This document shows positions 27,815 through 37,435 of a stretch of DNA of 64,000 nt, one piece after another. Each line of letters begins with the position of its first letter. Positions within the stretch are counted from its first letter, which is position 1. Source of the DNA: Bacteroidota bacterium (lineage in GTDB: Bacteria; Bacteroidota; Bacteroidia; Cytophagales; Flexibacteraceae). Location: contig JAZKBN010000052.1 in assembly GCA_040388605.1 (NCBI GenBank), positions 2,866 to 66,865 of the forward strand, in the 5' to 3' direction. The translations under genes and the position numbers were made by a program. Under the pieces are notes generated by a model, which was given only the letters and a program-made list of their open reading frames with translations, was not told the DNA's origin and ran no database searches.

Positions 27815-28207
27815 ATGCCCTTACCCAAACGCATCGTTTCCCGGAAAGATGAAATAACCTCAGATTTTATGAAGGAGGTTGAAATTCACATGCTTGATAT
27901 CCTGGAAGGTCGCGCCACGCACATGTACCGCATTAAGCACTTTGCCGAGCGGCTTTTTATACATCCCACGCATTTGAGCAATACCATTTATTTAACCACC
28001 GGCAAATCTCCCTGCGATTTTTTGGTTGCCCGCTTAATGGAATACACCTATAAGCTTTTGCAGGATCCTGCTATTCCTATTGCAGAAGTATCTGAACGGC
28101 TAACATTTGATGAGCCTACTAATTTTACCAAGTTCTTTAAGCAGAATGCAGGCATTACGCCCCGTATGTACCGCAAACAATTGGGCCTTATGAAGCAGGC
28201 AGCCTGA
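27815..28207 (+). CDS. AraC-family HTH transcriptional regulator (short, HTH-only)
   Basis: FAERLFIHPTHLSNTIYLTTGKSPCDFL…FDEPTNFTKFFKQNAGITPRMYR is a double HTH_18 signature. Confidence 0.8.
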   Translation: MPLPKRIVSRKDEITSDFMKEVEIHMLDILEGRATHMYRIKHFAERLFIHPTHLSNTIYLTTGKSPCDFLVARLMEYTYKLLQDPAIPIAEVSERLTFDEPTNFTKFFKQNAGITPRMYRKQLGLMKQAA

Positions 28208-28424
28208 GTATAGCCTGCATGTAACAGGTTTACCAACGGCTTCCTTTTTTGTAAATTACTAATACCACGGATTTAACACAAAGGCCACTTCTTCTGTTAA
28301 GACTCATTTTCCGAAAGTTATAGGCGTTGCCTGATAAGCTAGTTCATATTTTATTTAAACATTTATCCGGATTGCTTACATTCAGGCCGGAATTCTAATT
28401 CCCCGAACTTATAGAGAACATTTT

Positions 28425-29144
28425 ATGATTCATTCTTTTAAAAACCTGATCGCTTTATGTGCAATTTTCTCCTTTGCAATGTTTTCATGTGCAAGGCATA
28501 ATTACCAGGCACATTTTCCGAATAAAGGCTACCATATAACTGCAGCAGTTAAGCCACCCAACACAAATTTGCAGCGAACCGATTTGAGCATAAAAAGAAG
28601 CAGCGCAAAAACTGCCTTCCTGCCGCAGCAGGCAACAGTTGTAAAAGCGATTGCTAACAAAACAAAGTCCAGGGCCGGGGCAATTACCGCAGCAATGCCG
28701 GATACCAAACCTGTAAAAGCCGATGGACAATTATCAGTATCGGTCATGAGGCAGGTAATGGCGAGAACGCAGGCCAGGCACGCCAGGGTAATAAAGATGG
28801 CAGCTTCGGCATTCAGGTACAATGCCAAGGAAGAGCCGCCTGTGCAAATGAATTTAAAAAGCCAGTTTACGGCACTGGCACTTGCTTTTCCTTTCCTTGC
28901 AGGTTTTTTCGGGATTCACAGGTTTTACCTTGGTTATACCGGTAACGGAATCCTGCGGCTTATAATAGGCATTATTGCCTTTGCCGCAATTATAGCTTTC
29001 GTTTCTACAGGAGATATAAGTGCAATTCCTACTATAATTGTTTATGGTGGCTTTGTATTCATTTGGGCGTTTATAGATTTTCTACGCATTATTGGCGGAG
29101 ATCTGAAACCCAAGAACGGCGGCGATTATATTTATGACCTGTAA
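28425..29144 (+). CDS. TM2-domain lipoprotein (paralog 1)
   Basis: Lipobox FAMFSC followed by ARHNYQAHFP. C-terminal TM2 motif FFGIHRFYLGYTGNGILRLI plus a second TM helix. Confidence 0.8.
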   Translation: MIHSFKNLIALCAIFSFAMFSCARHNYQAHFPNKGYHITAAVKPPNTNLQRTDLSIKRSSAKTAFLPQQATVVKAIANKTKSRAGAITAAMPDTKPVKADGQLSVSVMRQVMARTQARHARVIKMAASAFRYNAKEEPPVQMNLKSQFTALALAFPFLAGFFGIHRFYLGYTGNGILRLIIGIIAFAAIIAFVSTGDISAIPTIIVYGGFVFIWAFIDFLRIIGGDLKPKNGGDYIYDL

Positions 29145-29185
29145 TACCCGGCCTGCTCAGTCACATCATTCGTTAATACCTAGGA

Positions 29186-29619
29186 ATGGACATTTTGAGA
29201 AATGCAGGTTTTCAGAAATCATCAGTTCAGGTGTTTTCGAAATATGCGGGGGTAGTAATTCTGATATGCCTGTCGGCGGGCTTGGTTTCCTGTGACCGAC
29301 AAAATTAGGCTGCGCATTTCCCTCCAATTACATAATGTAAAACCGGAGCAGGCTGATTTACATACAGCTGCATCGTTACAAGGCCGGTTTTCTCCAAAAC
29401 GCAGGCAAGGCATTTACGGGTAATGAAGTTGGCAGCTTCGCTGGTTAACCCGGGTGTTAAAGACCTGGCACCGGGGAGCCTTGGTAATAACAAATCCCGA
29501 TTGCCGCCCGGGCTATAAACGGCAGCCGGTTGCTCGTATGGGCCCTAATTGATTTTATCAGGATTATGCTCGGCAAACTGAAAACTAAAGACGGCAGCGA
29601 TTATATTCATGATTTGTAA
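29186..29619 (+). pseudogene. Decayed TM2-domain lipoprotein paralog
   Basis: The N-terminus MDILRNAG…LICLSAGLVSCDRQN*AAHFPPIT* has an in-frame TAG at 29306..29308 exactly where the paralogs have Tyr (NYQAHFP). A C-terminal remnant in another frame, WALIDFIRIMLGKLKTKDGSDYIHDL*, matches WAFIDFLRIIGGDLKPKNGGDYIYDL* of paralog 1. The TM2 core is missing. Confidence 0.6.
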
Positions 29620-29709
29620 ACCGTTTAAGTAAACTGCCTTTAGCGGCCCTAAACATAACCAACCTGCTTCAGGGCTGTAGTTTTATACACCGGTAACCCA
29701 AATTAAGAA

Positions 29710-30405
29710 ATGACCTTCCGGAATTTTAATGCCTGTAAATATTTACTGCTGATACTCAGTCTGCTTACAGGCTTTAGCGCCTGCCACAGGCATCATTACC
29801 AAGCTCATTTCCCCGGTAAAAAATATGGTTTGCATGGTGCCTCAGTCAGAACGCAACCTTCATCACCTGGAGCTTTATGCACAGAGCCTGTAATTGATCC
29901 CGGAATTGCTGTGAATGCAAAACCGGCAGGTTCGATTAGGCATTCTGACAGTAATAAGAAAAGCAGGTATGCAAACGTCGGCAAAGCCGGAATTGCAGCA
30001 GGTGCATTAACGGCATCAATAAAAGGAAGAAGCAGTAAAAGTGCTGAATCAGCCCTGAAAGGCCTACGAACTTCGGTTCTTACGGCTTCATTAAACAGTC
30101 TTAAATTGGCTTATTATAAGAAGGGCGATAAAAACAAAGGCCTGACCATATTAATTGCCTTTCCGTTTCTTACCGGTCTTTTAGGGGTTTATTACTTCTA
30201 CCTGGGTTATCATAAAAAAGGCTGGCTTTGGCTGGGCATTACAGCATTAACTTTCATTGTCGGCGTTTTAGCTGAAACAGGTGACCCTTTTGCAATTACC
30301 GCAGTGGTTTTGCTTGTCTTAACCATGATGATTCGTTGCTTAATTGATTTTGTTAAAATCCTGTCGAACAACTTAACCCCTGCACACGGAGATTATTACC
30401 ATTGA
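29710..30405 (+). CDS. TM2-domain lipoprotein (paralog 2)
   Basis: Lipobox LLTGFSAC followed by HRHHYQAHFP. TM2 motif LLGVYYFYLGYHKKGWLWLGI. Confidence 0.8.
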   Translation: MTFRNFNACKYLLLILSLLTGFSACHRHHYQAHFPGKKYGLHGASVRTQPSSPGALCTEPVIDPGIAVNAKPAGSIRHSDSNKKSRYANVGKAGIAAGALTASIKGRSSKSAESALKGLRTSVLTASLNSLKLAYYKKGDKNKGLTILIAFPFLTGLLGVYYFYLGYHKKGWLWLGITALTFIVGVLAETGDPFAITAVVLLVLTMMIRCLIDFVKILSNNLTPAHGDYYH

Positions 30406-30697
30406 GCAACATCGCCAAAAGCGCATATTGCTAAGCTATACCTATCTGTATTAAATTTCGGGATTGTTTTCTCTATAAGATTTATGCAGGCTGTGCTGTT
30501 ATTCTTTTAACCGCATACCCGGCTATGTTCAAACCCGACAGCTGCATTCTCAAACTTAGAACTTAACAGGCGAATACAGTAATGGCTTCTTATCCCGCTT
30601 TTTATTCCTTTTCCCAAAATTCCGGCTTTGCCATTTAAAGCCTACCTTTGCTGCCCGAAAGCAAATTGCATCCTTTAAATCCTTTCTGCTACTGTTA

Positions 30698-31951
30698 ATG
30701 CACCCACTCCGCGACCCCCTGAAACTACGCCTGAACAGCGAGTACGGCACTTTAAGAGCCGTGCTCATGCACCGTCCCGGTGTTGAAATTGACCGTTTAA
30801 CGCCTTACAATATAGGCGAATACCTTTTTGAAGATATGCCCTACCTGAGCGTTATGCAAAAAGAGCATGATGAATTCAGGAGCCTCATTAAAGGCGCAAC
30901 CGGGGCCACCGTTTTTCGCCTGCACGAATTGCTTATCGAGGTGCTTATAGATGATAACCTGCTGCACCGCGCCTTCGAGGTAGCCCTTGCCGAAACAAAC
31001 CTGGTTCATTTGGCCGGCGATATTGTGGCCCGCCTGAGCACAGCCGAATGCGCAAACGTGCTTTTGGCCGGTATAAAAGTATATGAGCTTAAACGCAAGC
31101 TGAAGGCCCGCGACCTTGATCGCCTGCCCGACCACAGCTATGTAATAAGCCCCAACCCCAACGTATATTTCATGCGCGATGCCGCAGCCGTTATACAAAC
31201 CGGTATAATCAGCTGCCAGATGAAGCACCCCGTTCGCCACCGCGAAACCATGATTATGCGCCTCATCTTCGAGAATCATCCCTATTTCCGCGACAACTTT
31301 AACCTGCTGTACCCCAATAAGGATCTAAGTCTTGGTGATCGCAAGCAGTTCCCGACTATTGAAGGCGGAGATATTATTGTGCTCAGCGAAAAAGCCCTGG
31401 CAATTGGCAACAGCGAGCGCACCGATCCTGAAGCCATACTCGAAGTAGCCAAACAGGTTTTACGCAGCAACCAGGTAGAGCGCGTGTACGAGGTTTTATT
31501 GCCTAAAAAACGCAACTTCATGCACCTCGATACCGTTTTCACCATTATTGATGAAAACCTGGTGGTAACCTATCCTGATGCTTTGCAGGCAGTTCTTGAA
31601 ACCCGCGTACACCGCAAGGAAGGAGAAGACGAAAACGGCGATACCATACTCAGCACCGAGGTATTGAATGAATCTCTGCTGAAAGTGCTTGAAAAAGAAA
31701 TTGACTATCTCGAAATAATCAGCACCGGCGGCGGCAATCCTGATTACGCCATGCGTGAGCAGTGGTTCGATGGAGCGAATGTTTTTGCAATTGGTCCGCG
31801 CAGGGTTATAAGCTATAACCGGAACATACATACCAACCGCGCCCTGCGCGAGGCAGGTGTTGAAGTGCTCACCATACCCAGCTCAGAGCTCAGCCGCGGC
31901 CTCGGGGGCCCAAGGTGCATGACCATGGCGCTTGACAGGCAGGAGTTTTAG
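30698..31951 (+). CDS. arcA: Arginine deiminase
   Basis: N-terminal SEYGTLRAVLMHRPG, internal MHLDTVF, and C-terminal GGPRCMTMAL (catalytic Cys). Length 417 aa. Confidence 0.9.
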   Translation: MHPLRDPLKLRLNSEYGTLRAVLMHRPGVEIDRLTPYNIGEYLFEDMPYLSVMQKEHDEFRSLIKGATGATVFRLHELLIEVLIDDNLLHRAFEVALAETNLVHLAGDIVARLSTAECANVLLAGIKVYELKRKLKARDLDRLPDHSYVISPNPNVYFMRDAAAVIQTGIISCQMKHPVRHRETMIMRLIFENHPYFRDNFNLLYPNKDLSLGDRKQFPTIEGGDIIVLSEKALAIGNSERTDPEAILEVAKQVLRSNQVERVYEVLLPKKRNFMHLDTVFTIIDENLVVTYPDALQAVLETRVHRKEGEDENGDTILSTEVLNESLLKVLEKEIDYLEIISTGGGNPDYAMREQWFDGANVFAIGPRRVISYNRNIHTNRALREAGVEVLTIPSSELSRGLGGPRCMTMALDRQEF

Positions 31952-32015
31952 AATGGTGTTGCTGCCTTTATCTTCATAAAGATAAGAAAACCAGGTTGCC
32001 TGCATTCAAAATAAA

Positions 32016-32064
32016 CAGCATAAAAAAAGGGTCCTGCCATGCGGCGGACCCTTTTTTTATGCTG
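32016..32064. terminator. Bidirectional terminator with a perfect 19-bp stem
   Basis: cagcataaaaaaagggtcc-(11 nt)-ggaccctttttttatgctg, between convergent arcA and ndh. Confidence 0.7.
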
Positions 32065-32073
32065 TTCTGAAAC

Positions 32074-33420
32074 CTAAACTGACTCAGCCTTTCTTGCCGC
32101 CTTACTTATGGCTTCAAAACTAAAGCCTGTTCGCTCTTTAGGCTTTGCCGGCTTTTTTGGCGACAATATCAGCCTCAGGTTTTGGTCAGATGTTATATAG
32201 CTCCAGGCCCATGTAAAGAACACCGATACCCGGTTTCTCACCCCGAAAATGCTGATTAGGTGCACAAACATCCAAACCGCCCAGGCAAAGAAGCCCTGGA
32301 ATTTGAAGCCTGCAATTTCGGCTACGGCTTTGTTCTTACCAATTGTGGCCATGCTGCCCAAATCTTTATACCTGAAAGGTTTCAGGACTTTTCCCTTCGC
32401 CATGGCCTTGAAATTACGGGCAAGGTTACGTGCCATCTGAATGGCGGGCTGGGCTACCTGCGGGTGGCCGTCAGGGTATTTTTCCTCAGTTGTCAGGGCT
32501 ATATCGCCTATTGCATAAATATCGGGATGGGAGCGCAGGCGGTTATAGGGGTCGGTTAAGAGTCGACCGCCTCTGCCTTTTGCTTCAGCAGGCAGGCCCT
32601 TTATATCTATGGCTTTAACGCCTGCCGCCCAAATAAGCGTATTGCTGCGTATTTTAGTTCCGTCGGAAAAGGTAACATGCCTGCCGTCGTAATCTTTTAC
32701 CTGTGTGCCTGTGCGCACGGTTACACCCATTTCTTCAAGAAACTCCCGGCTCTTCTGTTGGCTTGCGGGAGCCATGGGACCCAGCAGGTTAGGGCCGGCT
32801 TCCACTATGGTTACATGCATCTGCCCGAAATCAATTTCAGGGTGGTCTTTGGGCAATACGGTTTTGCGCATTTCGGCAAGGGTGCCGCTTATTTCAACGC
32901 CCGTGGGGCCGCCGCCGGCCACCACTACATTCAGGAGGCCTTCAAGCTCATCATCGGTATCAGCGGTAATTGCATCTTCAAAATTCTGTAGCAGGGTGTT
33001 GCGCAAGGCCAACGCCTCCGATACCGATTTCATAGGAATGGCATTTTCCGCCACGCCTTTCAGGCCGAAGTAATTGGTGTCGGCGCCCATGGCAAATACC
33101 AGGTAATCGTAAGAAATGGGGCCAAGGCCTGTGCGGATAATCCTGGTTTCAGGCTCAACTTCGTAAAACTCGGTTATACGGAGCACGAAGTTGGGGTTAT
33201 CGCGAAATACGCGGCGTAGCGGGAAAGATATGCTGCTGGGCTCAAGGCCCGCAGTGGCCACCTGGTAAAACAGGGGCTGAAACTGGTGGTAATTGTTCTT
33301 ATCGATGAGCACTACCTGGAATGGTAAGCCTTCAAGCTGCTGTGCCAACTCGAGCCCGCCGAAGCCGGCACCAACTATCACTACACGCTTTAAGCGCGTT
33401 TCAGGGATATTGGGTATCAT
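32074..33420 (-). CDS. ndh: Type II NADH dehydrogenase (NDH-2)
   Basis: Two dinucleotide folds (RVVIVGAGFGGLE and VVVAGGGPTGVE), IYAIGD, and a C-terminal membrane-association region. I prefer the ATG at 33420. Confidence 0.9.
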   Translation of the reverse strand: MIPNIPETRLKRVVIVGAGFGGLELAQQLEGLPFQVVLIDKNNYHQFQPLFYQVATAGLEPSSISFPLRRVFRDNPNFVLRITEFYEVEPETRIIRTGLGPISYDYLVFAMGADTNYFGLKGVAENAIPMKSVSEALALRNTLLQNFEDAITADTDDELEGLLNVVVAGGGPTGVEISGTLAEMRKTVLPKDHPEIDFGQMHVTIVEAGPNLLGPMAPASQQKSREFLEEMGVTVRTGTQVKDYDGRHVTFSDGTKIRSNTLIWAAGVKAIDIKGLPAEAKGRGGRLLTDPYNRLRSHPDIYAIGDIALTTEEKYPDGHPQVAQPAIQMARNLARNFKAMAKGKVLKPFRYKDLGSMATIGKNKAVAEIAGFKFQGFFAWAVWMFVHLISIFGVRNRVSVFFTWAWSYITSDQNLRLILSPKKPAKPKERTGFSFEAISKAARKAESV

Positions 33421-33526
33421 AATCCGATTAAAATTTATGTATGAAAATGTACTCTGCTGAGTACAAATCAACACAATTTTACTGTAAATAATACGGTCCC
33501 GCGCTGCCTGTATGCCTGAAAAGCGG

Positions 33527-34657
33527 CTAAAATATGCTGATTGCCGAAATTAAGGCCCTGATTTCTGCGTCCGTGTTGAATACATGCAGGCAAATTCTGA
33601 GCCGTTCGGTACCAATGGGTACGGTTGGGGCCAAAACCGGCCTAACATCGAGGCCCTTATTGCGCAATGCTTCCGACGCCTGCTTTGCATTTTCGTTACC
33701 GGGTACAAAAAGCACCTGTATGGGGCTCTTGCTGTCGGCAATGCGGTTGCCCAGGCCGGCTTCTGCGGCAGAGTTCCTGAAGGTATTAATGCGGCGCTGC
33801 AATTGGGTGGGCAGCTCAGGGTGCATGCTTAAATAATAAAAAGCTGCATCTATAGCTATAAAGCTGTGCGGTGGCGGGGCAGTGCTGTAAATAAAGGGCC
33901 GCGCAAAATTCACGAGATATTCGGCAAGCAGTGCGCTGCCGGCCACGCAGGCCCCGTGAACCCCCATAGCCTTCCCGAAGGTATGTATGCGCACAGGCAC
34001 CTGGTCTGCAAGGCCAAGCTCGCTTGCAAGACCGCTGCCTGCATCGCCGCGCAGGCCGGTGGTATGGGCTTCATCAAGTATAAGGAATGCGCCGAATTCG
34101 TTGCAGGCTTTAATTATTTCGGCCAGCGGGCATTCATCGCCGTCCATGCTGAAAACGGCTTCGGTTACCACATAAGCGCGGCCTTCTGCCAGCTTTAGTT
34201 TTGAGCGCAGGCTATCAGGGTCGTTATGGCGAAAGGTGATGCGTCTTGCAAAACTCAGGCGTGCACCTTCTTTGAGGCTGGCATGGCAAAGCTCGTCCAT
34301 CACAATGGTATCGCCTTTTTGGGGCAATGAGCTTAAAACCGCGGTATTGGCCGCATACCCGCTCCCGAAAATAAGGGCAGCCTCGGTTTTCAGCGTCATG
34401 GCCAGGCGCTTTTCGGTTTGCAGGGCAATCAGGCTGTTGCCGGAAAGCAGGCGGCTTCCCGTGCTGCCGTTCTGCACATAATCTGCCGCCTCTTCACGCT
34501 GACGAATCTGTCGGGCGAGGTAAGGGTTACGGGCAAGGCCCAGGTAATCGTTACTGAAAAAATCCTGCAAGGGGGTGGCAAGTGCAAGGCTGCGCAGGTT
34601 GCCGGTTTGCTTACGCTTTTGCAGCGCGCTGTACAGGTGTTCGTCTAAGGAAGTCAT
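33527..34657 (-). CDS. bioF: 8-amino-7-oxononanoate synthase-like PLP-dependent acyltransferase
   Basis: FSNDYLGL, DEAHTTG, and HTFGKAMG (PLP lysine). At 376 aa it fits BioF. Kbl or SPT relatives cannot be excluded by eye. Confidence 0.7.
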   Translation of the reverse strand: MTSLDEHLYSALQKRKQTGNLRSLALATPLQDFFSNDYLGLARNPYLARQIRQREEAADYVQNGSTGSRLLSGNSLIALQTEKRLAMTLKTEAALIFGSGYAANTAVLSSLPQKGDTIVMDELCHASLKEGARLSFARRITFRHNDPDSLRSKLKLAEGRAYVVTEAVFSMDGDECPLAEIIKACNEFGAFLILDEAHTTGLRGDAGSGLASELGLADQVPVRIHTFGKAMGVHGACVAGSALLAEYLVNFARPFIYSTAPPPHSFIAIDAAFYYLSMHPELPTQLQRRINTFRNSAAEAGLGNRIADSKSPIQVLFVPGNENAKQASEALRNKGLDVRPVLAPTVPIGTERLRICLHVFNTDAEIRALISAISIF

Positions 34658-34815
34658 GGTTTGTTTGCTGAACTACTTGGTGTATTAACAGGTATTGGTA
34701 TTAGCAGAAGCCAAGTTATGCAAAAAACAGGTTTTGTCTTTAAGCTTAGGTAATAAGCAATATAAAACACCGGAACAGCTTTTATGTATATGCCCCGTGT
34801 TGTAACTGAAAATAA

Positions 34816-35089
34816 GGGACAAGGCAATCCTGTCCAAAACGATTTTTTGTGCCTTCCCCAAGATACATTAAAAGGACTGCTGGTATGAAATTTCCGGTAA
34901 AAATGGTTAAAGTGCTTCCAAGAGCCCCAAATTGCCCTACTAATTGGATAGTTTCACCCATGATTTAATAGCCGTGAGTAGCCCGAAATCCAAAATCAGG
35001 GGGTTGGTTTTGAAATGAGTGCTGAAAACCCTTCCAATTGAGTTATTTCGAGCATTCCCAAAACGTTTTGGACAGGATTGGGGACAAGG
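34816..35089. mobile_element. MITE-like non-autonomous element (256 bp) with TIRs and a 9-bp target-site duplication
   Basis: GGGACAAGG (34816..34824), then CAATCCTGTCCAAAACG (34825..34841), then 222 bp, then CGTTTTGGACAGGATTG (35064..35080, the exact reverse complement), then GGGACAAGG (35081..35089). No transposase ORF lies inside. Confidence 0.55.
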
Positions 35090-36176
35090 CAATTAAATCA
35101 GGGCAAATACTCAGGCGCAAAAACGGCAGCTCAAGAAAATGGTAAGAGAGCGCGGCAATAAGCAGCGACAGGAAGAAAAAAACATAAAACATGCTATCTG
35201 CCTCAATACTAAACCCGGTTCGGAGGGAGATCAGGAAGTAAACCTGGGGAACTACGTTGTGAAACAAATACAGCCCGTAACTGTATAAGCCAAAACGTAC
35301 TAATGGCGCTGAAGTAAGAAAACCTGTAAGCACTTTCGGGGCATTGCCCTTTGTAACCCAATGAATAAGCCCTGCACAAAGTATGGGGAAAACAGGTAAA
35401 ACCTCGTTAAGCAGGTTTTTACCGGGGTATAAAAACGGCCTTTGGCTTAGCAGCACATACACCGGTATAAGCAGCGGCAACCAAGCGAATAACGGGAATT
35501 TTCTATCGGTGAGTTGCAGCCAGGCTACAAAAATACCGGCAGCAAAAAACTGGAACGTTGCCGGCAGAAGCATTGAGGCATATATGATATTATAACCTGT
35601 ATATATAAACAAGAAAACCGACAGCATTCCGGTTAATCCCATGATACCAATTATCCATGGGAACCATGAAGGCTTGGCGGGAAGCAGGCAAAGCGGCAGC
35701 AAAATGTAAAACTGTTCTTCGCAGGCAAGACTCCAGAAGTGATTAACAGGATAGTTGAAGCCTTGGGTTAAAAAAGCGGAAACATTATAGGTATATGTAA
35801 ACAGCCATGGCAGCAGGCTTAAAATATGTTGGGGTACCTTTAAAAATACTACAATGGCAATCAGGAAGTAATAAGCCGGCACAATGCGCAGCGCCCGGCG
35901 GGTCCAGAAACTTTTGGCTTTACTGAAAGGGCTTTGGCCTGCAGCACGCAGGCGCAGATTCTGGCGCATTAGAATGCCCCCTATAAGATACCCGCTCAAC
36001 ACAAAAAAAAGCTGCACACCCATTTTTCCCGGGAAAAGCCATGGCCTAGGGTTAAGCCATTCGGGCGGATTTAAATGCTCCAGCATTACAAGAAAAACCG
36101 CAATTGCACGCAGGCCGTCAAGGGCCGGGTAATAGGCCGGTACGTCTGCTGATACCGGAGGATGTGGCTGGTTCAA
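35043..36176 (-). CDS. Acyltransferase family 3 (integral-membrane O-acyltransferase)
   Basis: LDGLRAIAVFLVMLEH N-terminal motif and about 10 TM helices. The sequence ends …ELPFLRL, followed by a 22-aa tail that is encoded partly by the MITE-like element. Confidence 0.85.
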   Translation of the reverse strand: MNQPHPPVSADVPAYYPALDGLRAIAVFLVMLEHLNPPEWLNPRPWLFPGKMGVQLFFVLSGYLIGGILMRQNLRLRAAGQSPFSKAKSFWTRRALRIVPAYYFLIAIVVFLKVPQHILSLLPWLFTYTYNVSAFLTQGFNYPVNHFWSLACEEQFYILLPLCLLPAKPSWFPWIIGIMGLTGMLSVFLFIYTGYNIIYASMLLPATFQFFAAGIFVAWLQLTDRKFPLFAWLPLLIPVYVLLSQRPFLYPGKNLLNEVLPVFPILCAGLIHWVTKGNAPKVLTGFLTSAPLVRFGLYSYGLYLFHNVVPQVYFLISLRTGFSIEADSMFYVFFFLSLLIAALSYHFLELPFLRLSICPDLIALSPILSKTFWECSK

Positions 36177-36413
36177 GTTTTTCCTGTTCTGTTAATAGGC
36201 GGCAGGAAAAACCCGCAGCAATATGCAATGATGGCAAAGTTAAGTGAATTGCTTAAAAAGAAGAAACGATCATGCGGTACATTGGTTCACCCGGCTCCTT
36301 TAACCCGTATTGTTTCATAAAGCCTGCCGCTGTGTTTTATTTCGATATACTGTGTTTTCCCATTATAGAATAACAGGCATTCCGGTAAAAACGGGCATTC
36401 TGAATAATTCAAA

Positions 36414-37388
36414 ATGCAAAGCCTGAAAATAAAGCTTGTAAATTTCGGGATGTTAAAATGCAGCCGGGTAAACCGGGTATTGGGGCTGTACGGTAAAAAT
36501 CATAACTGTCATAGGGCTGTTAACATGCTTATATGCTGCCTGTGGCTGGTGGTTTTATTCAGCAACGCGCTTGTTAATGCACAAGGCCGGAATATTAACC
36601 AGGATTCTGTCTTGAATTTAAGTCCGCAAAATCGTGTTCCCGGCTTAAGCGTGTTAAAAACCATACCCCTTAGCAACATAACCCGTGTTTCCCTTGACAG
36701 GCAGGACCGCTTTATTGTCTGCACCGAAAAAGGCCTTGTTACCCGTTTCGATAGTAACGGCAATGCCGGCAATTTGTACAGCCCGCGTCGCCCGGCAGAT
36801 GTTACGCTGGCCGAGGCTTGGAACGGCCTCCGCATTTTTCTCTTTTACCGCGATTTGCAGGAATATGTTTATCTCGACCGTTTCCTTACCGAAAGTCCAA
36901 ACAGCCCTGTTCCTCAGGATATTGTAGGTTATGCCCGCATGGCCGCCCCTGCGCAGGACGATAACTTATGGGTAATTGATGAAGCAGATTTCAGCCTGAA
37001 GAAGATTGATCCGGTTGCCGGGTCGGTGCTGCTGAGCACACGCCTTGCCCCCGTTCTGCAAAGCCCGAAAAATGCCGATTTCAGCTTCATGCGCGAGTAC
37101 CAGAACCGTCTTTACATTGCCGAGCGAAATACAGGCATTATTGTCTTCGATAATATGGGAAATATGCAGCGCAGGCTGCCGCTAAAAGATGTCGGTTTTT
37201 TCAGCTTTTCCGGCGATGAAATGGTGTTTACCAAGGGTTCTGAAATCAGCTTTATAAATATTTATACGCTTGCCGAAAGAAACATCAGTTTGCCCGCAGA
37301 TATAAAAGCGCAAAGGGTTTTGGTAAGCGGCAAAAGTGCAGCCGTTTTTACCGATACTGCAATGCTGATTTGCGAATTGTTAAAGTAG
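36414..37388 (+). CDS. Hypothetical secreted protein
   Basis: Long ORF. The likely start is ATG 36525 (MLICCLWLVVLFSNALVNAQG signal peptide). No domain recognised. Confidence 0.6.
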   Translation: MQSLKIKLVNFGMLKCSRVNRVLGLYGKNHNCHRAVNMLICCLWLVVLFSNALVNAQGRNINQDSVLNLSPQNRVPGLSVLKTIPLSNITRVSLDRQDRFIVCTEKGLVTRFDSNGNAGNLYSPRRPADVTLAEAWNGLRIFLFYRDLQEYVYLDRFLTESPNSPVPQDIVGYARMAAPAQDDNLWVIDEADFSLKKIDPVAGSVLLSTRLAPVLQSPKNADFSFMREYQNRLYIAERNTGIIVFDNMGNMQRRLPLKDVGFFSFSGDEMVFTKGSEISFINIYTLAERNISLPADIKAQRVLVSGKSAAVFTDTAMLICELLK

Positions 37389-37435
37389 CCATTAGCGGCA
37401 TACAACAATTCATAATTATACTATAACCCCACCCT

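Noticed and set aside
34782-34961. 59-aa minus-strand ORF (MGETIQLVGQFGALGSTLTIF…) inside the MITE-like element
   Set aside because: It runs across the left terminal inverted repeat and target duplication into flanking DNA. It has no recognisable domain and is most likely fortuitous.
34825-35080. Inverted repeats flanking ~220 bp as an invertible promoter (phase-variation switch) upstream of bioF
   Set aside because: No invertase or recombinase gene lies nearby. The identical 9-bp direct repeats immediately outside both inverted repeats are better explained by a transposition target-site duplication. Inversion cannot be strictly excluded without read-orientation data.
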